Origin: a virus
Lineage: Duplodnaviria; Caudoviricetes
DNA: 38,254 bases
Direction: 5' to 3' (one strand)
Virus record (IMG/VR): IMGVR_UViG_3300025610_000007
Location: 1-38,254 of that record
Of this stretch, positions 1 through 8,665 are shown in pieces (position 1 is the stretch's first letter; every line of letters starts with the position of its first letter). The position numbers and the translations under genes are program-made. The notes beneath the pieces were generated by a model. It saw only the letters and a program-made list of their open reading frames with translations. It was not told the DNA's origin and did no database searches.

Positions 1-127
1 CAGGCAATATCTTGGAAAGTTCTTTATCCAGTGCGGTTGTGATATGCTTTGTTACTTTCTTGCCTTGGTATCTTTCAATAATAGGCATAGCAGCAGCCGC
101 AAGCTCTACTCTGTAATTGAACTGTTC
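1..127. repeat. Terminal direct repeat, left copy (circular assembly overlap)
   Basis: 1-127 is identical to 38128-38254; 127 is a common assembler k-mer length. Confidence 0.95.
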
Positions 128-190
128 TAATCTGAACATGAGTTCGTTTTCTACTTTTTTATGGTCTAATATGTTTATTTTATATTCCAT
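1..190 (-). CDS. 5' part of a hypothetical early gene crossing the junction (about 190 aa in total, MEYKINILDHKK...AAAAMPIIERY...)
   Basis: The frame of ORF 37745..38215 stays open to an ATG at 190, preceded by RBS AAGGACAAAC. Confidence 0.85.
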   Translation of the reverse strand, partial: MEYKINILDHKKVENELMFRLEQFNYRVELAAAAMPIIERYQGKKVTKHITTALDKELSKILP

Positions 191-204
191 GGTTTTGTTT
201 GTCC

Positions 205-480
205 TTATCTTGTTATTAAAAATCTTTGGGCTGTTTCTTCAGCTAGGGCCATAGCATCTTTAAATCTTCTTCTTTGGCCTAAATATCCGTTTTCTATTTG
301 TGCTATTACTCTATAACATTTTTTATAATGATTATTTTTTCTTGAGGTGTACTCAGCTACCTGATGTATATCAAACCTTATGTCATTAATTATCTTATAA
401 TATGAACCGCCATGAGGTGAACAAGCGTGTCTTATCCAGTCAGTACCCCGTAACATTTTAATTTTATTTAAGTTTTTCAT
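205..480 (-). CDS. Hypothetical early protein
   Basis: 91-aa ORF, SD AAGGA upstream, in the leftward operon. Confidence 0.75.
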   Translation of the reverse strand: MKNLNKIKMLRGTDWIRHACSPHGGSYYKIINDIRFDIHQVAEYTSRKNNHYKKCYRVIAQIENGYLGQRRRFKDAMALAEETAQRFLITR

Positions 481-532
481 AAAATTCCTTTGGGCCAGCC
501 ATAAAGACTAGCCCGTTTAAACGTGTTATTAT

Positions 533-1135
533 TTATACTTCCCACATATATGACTCACAACACTGGCCACAAATTGGGGCTCCCTTTGCAAGCATAGTTC
601 TTGACAACCTAACAAAGTATTTTTCTTCGTATTCATTATGGCCGCTTCCACAGTCAGGGCACTCAACTTTAAGCATTCTTGTGCCTTGTTTTTTCCTTGG
701 CTTATAGTCCAAAGCTTCATGAGGATACTTACCTAATTTCTTTTGTATCTTAGCTAGTTTAATATTCATTTCATCACTTGCTATAGTAGCTGTCATTTTA
801 CCAGTAAGGCCAATAGCTTTGGCAATACGTCTAAATGGGCCCCTGTGGCCATGTTTACAATTATCATAAGCGTGTATCATTTCATGAGCTAAAACATCAC
901 CTACCCGACTTTCATCGGCTAAAACTGGATGGATGAATATTTCATTGAATCCGTTTGTTTTATCGTTAAAGCATTGACCGATAGCAGCATTTCTTTTTCC
1001 GCCTTGAGTTGTAAAGCCGCATGATACTTTGACTTTGCTCAAGTCTACTGGGTAACCAGCTGGCTTGAAGAATACTTCGTTTATTTCTTTGGCCATTGCT
1101 ACTAAATATTGTTCCCTAGTTTTAAATTGTCTCAT
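533..1135 (-). CDS. SprT-like zinc metalloprotease with C-terminal zinc ribbon
   Basis: LAHEMIH zincin motif followed by HGHRGPF; CPDC...CGQC at C-terminus; RBS AGAAAGGACAA. Confidence 0.8.
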   Translation of the reverse strand: MRQFKTREQYLVAMAKEINEVFFKPAGYPVDLSKVKVSCGFTTQGGKRNAAIGQCFNDKTNGFNEIFIHPVLADESRVGDVLAHEMIHAYDNCKHGHRGPFRRIAKAIGLTGKMTATIASDEMNIKLAKIQKKLGKYPHEALDYKPRKKQGTRMLKVECPDCGSGHNEYEEKYFVRLSRTMLAKGAPICGQCCESYMWEV

Positions 1136-1180
1136 AATTGTCCTTTCTTTAATGTGCTGAATTGTTCAGCGTTGTGCAAT

Positions 1181-1208
1181 ATTATAAATTAATATATATT
1201 GTTGTCAA
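1181..1208 (-). promoter_or_regulatory. Sigma70-type early promoter
   Basis: TTGACA (1208-1203), 16 bp spacer, TATAAT (1186-1181) on the minus strand, upstream of the SprT-like gene. Confidence 0.8.
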
Positions 1209-1237
1209 TAGTTATTTTAGTTTATTTGTTAAACTTG

Positions 1238-1270
1238 TTGTCAAATGATTATTTTATACAGGTATATAGT
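1238..1270 (+). promoter_or_regulatory. Putative late promoter 1
   Basis: TTGTCA-N21-TATAGT upstream of terS; same spacing at 5220 and 20526. Confidence 0.6.
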
Positions 1271-1305
1271 ATAGTATTTTTCATCAATTAATAGAGTGTT
1301 TAAAC

Positions 1306-1692
1306 ATGTTAAATAGTGAACCAGTAAAAACCGCTAAAAAAGGCCCTAAAACCGCTCAGGCTGGGCCCATTAGGAACGCTAAGGGGCAATTTATGCCCGG
1401 TTCTGTTGTGCCCGGAGGCGGTAGACCAAGAAAGCTTAAGATTCTCGAGGGTGAAAACCGGGAAATGGTTATAAATAAAGCCCTTGGCATTATTCAGGAG
1501 GGCCAAGATAATCCCCTGTATAAAGATGTATTATTAAAGCTTATAGATAAGGTTATACCGTCCTTAAAGGCCACTGAACTCAATATAGATAATGGCTCAA
1601 GCAATTTAGGCGTTATCGTATTGCCTAGCAAAAAGCCGCTTGATGTCTCTACCCGTCTTAGTAAGGCAGATGTTATCGAGGAGGAGGAGTAA
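1306..1692 (+). CDS. terS: Putative terminase small subunit
   Basis: Directly upstream of terL; KGQFMPG...GGRPRK motif typical of small-terminase N-termini. Confidence 0.65.
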   Translation: MLNSEPVKTAKKGPKTAQAGPIRNAKGQFMPGSVVPGGGRPRKLKILEGENREMVINKALGIIQEGQDNPLYKDVLLKLIDKVIPSLKATELNIDNGSSNLGVIVLPSKKPLDVSTRLSKADVIEEEE

Positions 1693-1843
1693 AATTGAGT
1701 CAGGATTGTGTCAGCTATGTGTAGCAATATGAGCGGTTGCATTAAAATTGTTCACGCTATAAATAAGGTGTGGGGTGTGCCGAGGGACAGCGGGGGGTAC
1801 CTGTTGGGTTCCCATGCCCTAGGTCTAAACTACGAGTAAAAAT

Positions 1844-3223
1844 ATGAATGTAGCTTGGCAACCACACGAAGGCCCACAGACCGAAGCATTAAGTCGCAGT
1901 GAATTTGAAATCCTCTACGGAGGTTCAAGAGGTGGCGGAAAGACAGAAGCAGGTCTTGCATGGATGGTAGAACCAGAATTTTTACAAAACGAAATGTACA
2001 GAGGTCTTGTTATTCGTAAGAATGTCGAAGATTTAAGAGACTGGATAGACAGAGCAAAAATATTTTATCGCCCCTTAAACGCTAAATTCATAGGACAGCC
2101 CTCAGAAATACGTTTTCCCGGGGGTGCAATCATTAGAACTGGCCACTTAAAAGACGAAAATGCTTACGAAAAGTATCAAGGACACGAATATCAAAAAATA
2201 TTAATAGAAGAGTTGACGCAAATCCCGCAAGAAGAACAATATTTAAGGTTAGTTTCTTCCGCAAGGTCAACAATAGGCTTAACTCCACAGATTTTTGCTA
2301 CTACAAACCCCGGTGGGCCCGGAATGGGCTGGGTAAAAGCTCGCTGGGTAGACAAAGCACGTGGAAAAACATACGTAGACCCAGTAACTACAAGGACTAG
2401 AATCTTCATTCCCGCTAAAGTAACCGATAATCCCACTTTGATGAAAAAAGACCCCGGATATATCCAATATTTGGATGGCTTACCGGAGGAACTGAGACGG
2501 GCATGGCGTGATGGAGATTGGGATGTCTTTGTAGGACAGTTCTTTAAAGAGTGGCGCAGGGCAGTTCATGTCGTACAACCCTTTAAAATACCAAAAGGTT
2601 GGTATAAATATAGGGCGATTGACTATGGATATAGAGCTCCATTTTGTTGTTTATGGGGTGCTGTTGATTATGATGGTAATGTATATATCTATAAAGAGCA
2701 CTACGAAGCAGAAAAAGAATTATCGCACCATATACGTATGATTAAGCAGCGTAGTGAGGCAGAAAACTATCATTTAACAGTAGGCGACCCTTCTATGTGG
2801 GCTAGAAATCCTGTGCGAGTCACAAAAAGGGATTCAATGATACCAACTCACATGTCTATAGCAGATTTAATGGCACAAGCCGGAATCCCGGTAGTAAAAG
2901 CAAATAATAACAGGCCAAATGGTTGGGCAGCTATAAGAGAGTATTTACATTGGGAGGGTGAAGAAGAAAACCCGACCAAACAACCACAAATATTTATTTT
3001 TGAAAATTGTGAAAATCTTATAAGAACCTTACCAAGTATGGTATTTGATAAAAATAGACCAGAAGATTTAGATACAAAGACAGAAGACCATGCTGTGGAC
3101 GCTCTTAGATACATGATTTTACAATTATACTCACCAAGTAAAAAGGATATAGCCCCATGGCTAGAAAAAGAATTACAAAGACTCGCTTCAACAGACTTCT
3201 ATCTGCCGGGAATAAGGGCATAG
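1844..3223 (+). CDS. terL: Terminase large subunit
   Basis: Q-motif PHEGPQ, Walker A GGSRGGGKT, Walker B ILIEE, motif III ATTNP, nuclease motifs AIDYG and EDHAVDALRY. Confidence 0.95.
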   Translation: MNVAWQPHEGPQTEALSRSEFEILYGGSRGGGKTEAGLAWMVEPEFLQNEMYRGLVIRKNVEDLRDWIDRAKIFYRPLNAKFIGQPSEIRFPGGAIIRTGHLKDENAYEKYQGHEYQKILIEELTQIPQEEQYLRLVSSARSTIGLTPQIFATTNPGGPGMGWVKARWVDKARGKTYVDPVTTRTRIFIPAKVTDNPTLMKKDPGYIQYLDGLPEELRRAWRDGDWDVFVGQFFKEWRRAVHVVQPFKIPKGWYKYRAIDYGYRAPFCCLWGAVDYDGNVYIYKEHYEAEKELSHHIRMIKQRSEAENYHLTVGDPSMWARNPVRVTKRDSMIPTHMSIADLMAQAGIPVVKANNNRPNGWAAIREYLHWEGEEENPTKQPQIFIFENCENLIRTLPSMVFDKNRPEDLDTKTEDHAVDALRYMILQLYSPSKKDIAPWLEKELQRLASTDFYLPGIRA

Positions 3224-3414
3224 AAGTGCTGAATAAAGATACGGGTGAATGGATTTCAATTAAAGATGTGCTCAGTTCAGATGAGTATATAAAATGGATT
3301 GAAGCAGAACAGATAGCTATGCAAATAGCTGAAGCTGAAGATGAAATTTGGGAAATGGGTACGTTAATGTGTGTACCGGGTTTTAGAATAAATAACAACG
3401 AAATGTATAACTAA
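3157..3414 (+). CDS. Hypothetical protein (start uncertain, overlaps end of terL)
   Basis: Fills the gap between terL and portal; stop lies 2 nt before the portal ATG. Confidence 0.5.
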   Translation: MARKRITKTRFNRLLSAGNKGIEVLNKDTGEWISIKDVLSSDEYIKWIEAEQIAMQIAEAEDEIWEMGTLMCVPGFRINNNEMYN

Positions 3415-3416
3415 TT

Positions 3417-5219
3417 ATGGCAGAATATAAATCAAAAGATAAACAACAAACCTCGAAAGAGAAACAGCTTATAAAGCGTATAAACGCAATGTTTGACATC
3501 GCTAAGCGCTCAAGAAGCAATGTAAACAAGCTATGGAGGGAATCCGAAGAAATGTACGCTGGTGAGCACTGGCGTGGTAGTAATATGCCTAAGTATCAAA
3601 ATCAAATGACATTAGACCTTATTGCTTCTGCAATAGATACAATGATACCGATTTTAAGCAGTAGGCCGCCTAAAATAGATGTATTACCATCTTCTACAGA
3701 TGAAGTAGACCGTAAGATAGCGGAAACAATGCAGATACAAATGGACGACCTATGGGAAATGAGAGACATGCAAAATGTCATGTCTGAATGGATTATGGAC
3801 TTTTTAGTGTACGGAACTGGCATAATGAAGACTTATTTTGGTGAAGATGACCTACCGGAGTGTAAAGTAGTAGACCCATTTAGTTTCTTTGTAAATCCTT
3901 CCGCAACAAGATTAGAAAATGCAGATTGGGTTATCTATGCTGCTCCAGTACCGCTACATGAGATAAGACACAAGTATCCAGAAAAAGCACAGTATGTAAA
4001 AGCAGATAGTAACTTAGAAAACTTTGAAGCATTAAGAATAAATGACATAGGGCAGGATAATAGCACTAAAGTAGTTATTAACGACCCTACAACTAATTCT
4101 ACGAGCAGATATTCTAGTGAGGGTGCAGCAGCTGAGGATTTAGAAGAAAGGGTCTTATTGATAGAATGTTGGTGGCGTAGCGGTGAGCATGACTATGTAG
4201 ATGCAGAAAAATCAGACTCACAAGTTTCTAAAATCCCGGGCAGTAGGCTAACTGTTATAGCTGGAGACTGTCTATTACATGATGGGCCGAGCCCTTACCC
4301 GTTCTTAAATAAACAGCATTACATACAGCATCCTTTTCCGTTCGTTGTTGCCAAGAATGGCGGCTCGGCTCACTCTTTTTATGGGAAGCCAGAACCTAAA
4401 AGACTAAAATCATTAAATCTAGGATTAGACAGGGTAGCTTCACAAATTGCTGATAACATCCACTTAATGGCTAATCCAATGTGGGTAGTAGATGAAACAG
4501 CACAAGTTACTGATAGTTTGGTAAATAAACCGGGTAGTGTGGTTCGTAAAAAGGGGCCGGGTACAGTAGCACAAGTATCACCAGCACCAATGCCGGGATA
4601 TGTGTTCAATTTTTACCAAATGATGTATGATATATTTGAAGTTGTATCCGGTGTAAATAGAGCAACACAAGGGCGTGAAGCCCCGAATGTTACCAGTGGT
4701 GTGCAGGCGGAAACATTACAACGTGCAGCAACGACAAAGATAGAGTATAAAAGTAGAGCAATAGATGTTTCTGTGCAACAATTAGGAGCGCAATGGCTTT
4801 CAATGATACAAAATCTATCTACAGAAGAACATGTTGTCAGCGTACCAACAGATGCTGGTATGGAAATGCGTGGATATAAAGGCGTGATGTTTAAAGACCA
4901 ACCAATGAGAGTTAGAAGTAAGACTGGTTCTATGTTACCGGTAAATAAAATGTTCATTGAACAGAAGGTTCTACAACTCTTACAAGCTGGTATTATACAA
5001 GACCCAGAGTTTGTATTAGAAAATATAGAACTTCCGGGTAAGCAACGTATTCTTGACAAACTTAGAGAGCAAAAACAGCTACAAGAAGAAGCAGACAGAG
5101 ACCAAGCATCTCAAATGGCAAAGCAAGAAGAAATACTTAGCACAAGCACTGATGAAGATGAGATAATGAACATCTTGCAACAACAACAAGCCGCAATGGA
5201 GCCATTTGGGCAGGAATAG
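3417..5219 (+). CDS. Portal protein (P22-like podovirus type)
   Basis: 600 aa after terL; motifs YGTGIMK, VDPFSFFVNPSA, FYGKP, SGV...QG...TSG; Gln-rich coiled-coil C-terminus. Confidence 0.9.
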   Translation: MAEYKSKDKQQTSKEKQLIKRINAMFDIAKRSRSNVNKLWRESEEMYAGEHWRGSNMPKYQNQMTLDLIASAIDTMIPILSSRPPKIDVLPSSTDEVDRKIAETMQIQMDDLWEMRDMQNVMSEWIMDFLVYGTGIMKTYFGEDDLPECKVVDPFSFFVNPSATRLENADWVIYAAPVPLHEIRHKYPEKAQYVKADSNLENFEALRINDIGQDNSTKVVINDPTTNSTSRYSSEGAAAEDLEERVLLIECWWRSGEHDYVDAEKSDSQVSKIPGSRLTVIAGDCLLHDGPSPYPFLNKQHYIQHPFPFVVAKNGGSAHSFYGKPEPKRLKSLNLGLDRVASQIADNIHLMANPMWVVDETAQVTDSLVNKPGSVVRKKGPGTVAQVSPAPMPGYVFNFYQMMYDIFEVVSGVNRATQGREAPNVTSGVQAETLQRAATTKIEYKSRAIDVSVQQLGAQWLSMIQNLSTEEHVVSVPTDAGMEMRGYKGVMFKDQPMRVRSKTGSMLPVNKMFIEQKVLQLLQAGIIQDPEFVLENIELPGKQRILDKLREQKQLQEEADRDQASQMAKQEEILSTSTDEDEIMNILQQQQAAMEPFGQE

Positions 5220-5252
5220 TTGTCAAAAACATCTTTATATGGATTGTATAAC
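5220..5252 (+). promoter_or_regulatory. Putative late promoter 2
   Basis: TTGTCA-N21-TATAAC in the intergenic gap upstream of the head operon. Confidence 0.6.
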
Positions 5253-5296
5253 TTTAAGAACTTTGCTTACAGTGTTTAAACAATATAAGGATATTT

Positions 5297-5566
5297 ATGC
5301 CAGAAGGTAAAGGGACGTACGGTTCTGTAAAAGGAAGACCTCCTAAAAAGAAAAAATTAAAAAAAGTTAATCTTAACAAGCCTGTCCTTGCTGGTTTAAG
5401 TGCTGGACAAGTAGTGCAAGCAACTATGTTAGCAAAAGGTAAAAATAAAAAATCTGATGCTGGAAAATTATTAGTTGCTGGATTAGGTACAGATTTAGCA
5501 ACAAGAGCTTTAAAAAAAGCTTATAATAAATATGTAGATAAGGTGAATAAGAAAAGAGGCTACTAA
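5297..5566 (+). CDS. Small basic protein
   Basis: MPEGKGTYGSVKGRPPKKKK N-terminus, Lys-rich, SD AAGGA. Confidence 0.75.
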   Translation: MPEGKGTYGSVKGRPPKKKKLKKVNLNKPVLAGLSAGQVVQATMLAKGKNKKSDAGKLLVAGLGTDLATRALKKAYNKYVDKVNKKRGY

Positions 5567-5568
5567 TA

Positions 5569-5667
5569 ATGCCAAAATACAAAGGGAAAAAATATCCATA
5601 TACCTCTGAGGGTATGAAGGCTTACAAAAAAGCCTTAAAGAAAAAAGTTAAAAAAAAGAAAAAGTGA
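5569..5667 (+). CDS. Very basic 32-aa peptide MPKYKGKKYPYTSEGMKAYKKALKKKVKKKKK (not in ORF track)
   Basis: Starts 2 nt after the previous stop, GAGG upstream, fills the operon gap. Confidence 0.6.
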   Translation: MPKYKGKKYPYTSEGMKAYKKALKKKVKKKKK

Positions 5668-5705
5668 TTAACTAACAGCGTCTAGGTAGACCAACTGGAG
5701 TAATT

Positions 5706-6611
5706 ATGATAGAAGATACAAGTCAAGATTTACAAGAGGATGTCAGTGTAGAAGCAGCAGATAATGTTGCTTATGATAGTCCTACATATAACGCAAAAAT
5801 TACAACAGAGCAACTGGAATCATTATTTGTTTCAGACTCTGAACCTGAACAAGTCAGCGAAGCTACAGTAGAAGCTGACACCGCAGAGACTCCCATAGAG
5901 GAGCAACCAGCAGCGGAAGAGCCTCAAGAAGAGGAAAGTAGCGAACCCGAATTGCAAGGTTTCGTTGATGAAGACGGAAACGAATATACGCTTGAAGATG
6001 TAGAAAGTTGGAGAGACGCAGCAATTAATCGGGATAGATGGCAAAAGTCAAATACGGAGAAAGCTCAAGCCCTTGCTGACGAGCGTAAAAAATGGGAAGC
6101 CTTGAAAGATGATTCGGATTTGGTAGATGCTATACGTGATTACCTTGGAGCGGATGCAGATAAACATCCATTCTTTAATGAACCTGTTGAACTAGAATCG
6201 GAACCTGAAATAATAGAACAAGAGCCACGTGAAAGTACGGAAGTAGATGAACTAAAGTACGAGATGGCTCAAATGAAAGCCGAAATGCAAGTTGAGAAGG
6301 ACATTAAAGAACTTGTTACGAAGTATCCAGAACTACAAAGTAGTGACGATGCAGTCAATGAAGTAATAAATCTTATGCTAGAGCGTGACTTACCAACATT
6401 AGAAGATGCTTATATTATTAATAAAGCTAATGCTGGTGAGCAAAGTGCTTATAGAAAAGCTATTGCTACTATTGAATCTGCTAAACAAAACAAGGAAGTC
6501 CCAGTACAGGATGGTGTTCGTAAAGGTGTAAGAGAGGCAAAAGTGCCTGATTACAAAGAATATCGTGAAATCCGGGGACATGTCCTTGATAACTACGAAC
6601 TGTTTAAATAG
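5706..6611 (+). CDS. Putative capsid scaffolding protein
   Basis: Very acidic and coiled-coil, immediately upstream of the capsid gene. Confidence 0.75.
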   Translation: MIEDTSQDLQEDVSVEAADNVAYDSPTYNAKITTEQLESLFVSDSEPEQVSEATVEADTAETPIEEQPAAEEPQEEESSEPELQGFVDEDGNEYTLEDVESWRDAAINRDRWQKSNTEKAQALADERKKWEALKDDSDLVDAIRDYLGADADKHPFFNEPVELESEPEIIEQEPRESTEVDELKYEMAQMKAEMQVEKDIKELVTKYPELQSSDDAVNEVINLMLERDLPTLEDAYIINKANAGEQSAYRKAIATIESAKQNKEVPVQDGVRKGVREAKVPDYKEYREIRGHVLDNYELFK

Positions 6612-6620
6612 GAGATTTAA

Positions 6621-7724
6621 ATGTCTTTAAATTATGATAATCTGTCTGCTATGACACAGGACGTGTACATACCTAAGCTGGTTGACAATATTTTTAAAAC
6701 AAATATTTTAACATACCGTATGCTTAAGAAGTCCATCCCTCATGGTGGTGGTACTGAAGTTGTACAGCCTGTAGAATATGCGTCTATGGACAGCTCAGGT
6801 GGAAGCCAATCAATGGGTTTCTACTCTGGAGCTGATGCTCTAACTACTAACGAGAAAGAGAAATTCTCTGCTGCAAAATATGACTGGGTGCAAGCTTATG
6901 CAACCATTCGTATCACTGGTAAAGAAGAAGCTCTTAACGATGGTAGTGAGAAGGTACTTGATATGTTAGAAGCTAAAATGAAGAATGCTGAAAGGTCTAT
7001 TCGTGACTTGTATGCAACTACATTATATGGTTCTAATAATGCTGCTGCAACTGGTTTTAACGGACTAGGGCACATTATCCAGAGATATGCACAATCTGGT
7101 GATGGTAGTGCAGCAACTAAGCTTGGTGGTATTGAGCGTGCTACTTCCAGTGGTTATGACTGGTGGAATGCTGGATATGCTAAAGAGTTTAGTGATACTG
7201 GCCATGCTTCAGATGGTTCTGAGCCATCTTTTGCTCAGATAACAACATCTAGCTCTGTTGCTTTAGCTCAAGGTGCTGATACTGCTGGAATGGATAGAGC
7301 AGCTGTTGGTGAATCTATCTACTTACCTAACATTATGCGTGATGCAGTTGGTTCTCTTTCTTATGGAGCTGATAGACCTACGCTTATTGTTACTACTCAA
7401 GTGTTGTTTGATGCTTATGAAGCAACCTTGAATCCAAACAAACGTTTTGTTAATAGCGATATTGCTGATGCTGGATTCCAAACTCTTGAGTATCGTGGTA
7501 TTCCTGTAGTTGTTGACCATCAGTGTCCTGATGGAGAAATGTTCTTCTTGAATGAGAATTACGTTCAATTCAGACACCATCGTAAGAGGAACTTTACGTT
7601 CACTGGTTTTAAAAAGCCAGAAAACTACGATGCAGCATGGGGTCAAATCCTTTGGTTAGGTGCATTAACTTGCAGTGCTCCAAGGATGTTGGGTCGTGTA
7701 AAAGGTCTAGCAGCTAGTTATTAA
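6621..7724 (+). CDS. Major capsid protein
   Basis: 367 aa, strong SD AGGAG, HK97-fold-like motifs (GFNGL, LGGI-R, PTLIVTT, GFQTLEYRGIPVVVD, MFFLN); hairpin follows. Confidence 0.9.
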   Translation: MSLNYDNLSAMTQDVYIPKLVDNIFKTNILTYRMLKKSIPHGGGTEVVQPVEYASMDSSGGSQSMGFYSGADALTTNEKEKFSAAKYDWVQAYATIRITGKEEALNDGSEKVLDMLEAKMKNAERSIRDLYATTLYGSNNAAATGFNGLGHIIQRYAQSGDGSAATKLGGIERATSSGYDWWNAGYAKEFSDTGHASDGSEPSFAQITTSSSVALAQGADTAGMDRAAVGESIYLPNIMRDAVGSLSYGADRPTLIVTTQVLFDAYEATLNPNKRFVNSDIADAGFQTLEYRGIPVVVDHQCPDGEMFFLNENYVQFRHHRKRNFTFTGFKKPENYDAAWGQILWLGALTCSAPRMLGRVKGLAASY

Positions 7725-7741
7725 TCTTTAACCTTTAACCT

Positions 7742-7771
7742 GATAGTTGGGGGCCTTGTGCCCCCTCTATC
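7742..7771 (+). terminator. Hairpin after the capsid gene (weak terminator or mRNA stabiliser)
   Basis: GATAG-tt-GGGGGC-cttgt-GCCCCC-t-CTATC; no good U-tract. Confidence 0.6.
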
Positions 7772-7783
7772 AATTAGGATACT

Positions 7784-8665
7784 ATGGCATACACTTGGAC
7801 AGACTTACAAAACAAAGTAAAACGCAGCTTCAATGATTCTACTACAAATGTAGTTGAATATTTAAAAGAAGCTGAAATTGATTTTGTAGAACGTACACAG
7901 TGTTTAGAAAAAGTAATATGGTTTTTTGTTTCTACAGGAAACAATGGCAAGTTTGAATTACCAAACGATTTAATACGTATCAAAAGAGTTAGTTGGGATG
8001 GAGAAATAATTAAACCGATTCAACCTTACGATATAAATGAATACTACACAGACGGTACCTCTTTAAATAAAGGTCATGTAAATTGTTATTTTACCCATGG
8101 TAATGAGATATATTTTGTAGAAGCTCCTAGTTCTGGTGCTTATGTAGGTATATGGTATAGTTACATACCGGAGGCTTTAGATAGTGCTGGGGCATATAAA
8201 AAAGTAAACTACGATACTCAATCTACAGGCTCGCAAAAACAACGTCTTTTACAAAGTGGTTTAGAGATAAATAATGGCGCAAGTGTTACAGCTACTATTG
8301 TAAAAAATGAATTTGACAACATAGCTGGTACTGGTACTCTTACGTTAAAAGACGTTACAGGCGGTTCTTTTGCAAATGATGAGAAAATTTTTGTTGACGA
8401 TATAACACATGCTAGGGTAAATGGCAGTCAGGCTGATGTTGCTGGTCATGGCACAGAACCAGAGATACCAAACAAGTTTAGATTAAGTTTAGTTGATTAT
8501 GCTAAATATAAATTATACTTAGATGAGGAGGATGAAAATCGTGCTTCAGTCTACTTACAGCTTTACCTTAACAACATTGATAAGGCTAGTGCATCCTTTA
8601 TTAACAGAGACGACTCTGGCCCTTATGTGGTTAGGGACGTAATTAGTCGAAATAATGTTATATAA
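7784..8665 (+). CDS. Putative head-tail adaptor protein
   Basis: Position after capsid gene; helical N-terminus (YLKEAEIDF), ELPNDLIRIKRV, C-terminal PEIP...LVDYAKYK. Confidence 0.65.
   Translation: MAYTWTDLQNKVKRSFNDSTTNVVEYLKEAEIDFVERTQCLEKVIWFFVSTGNNGKFELPNDLIRIKRVSWDGEIIKPIQPYDINEYYTDGTSLNKGHVNCYFTHGNEIYFVEAPSSGAYVGIWYSYIPEALDSAGAYKKVNYDTQSTGSQKQRLLQSGLEINNGASVTATIVKNEFDNIAGTGTLTLKDVTGGSFANDEKIFVDDITHARVNGSQADVAGHGTEPEIPNKFRLSLVDYAKYKLYLDEEDENRASVYLQLYLNNIDKASASFINRDDSGPYVVRDVISRNNVI

Noticed and set aside
1-127. Biological direct terminal repeat
   Set aside because: The length equals a common assembler k-mer and it falls in the middle of a gene, so it is more likely a circularisation overlap
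529-720. Alternative-frame ORF inside the SprT-like gene
   Set aside because: No RBS or recognisable motif; shadow ORF
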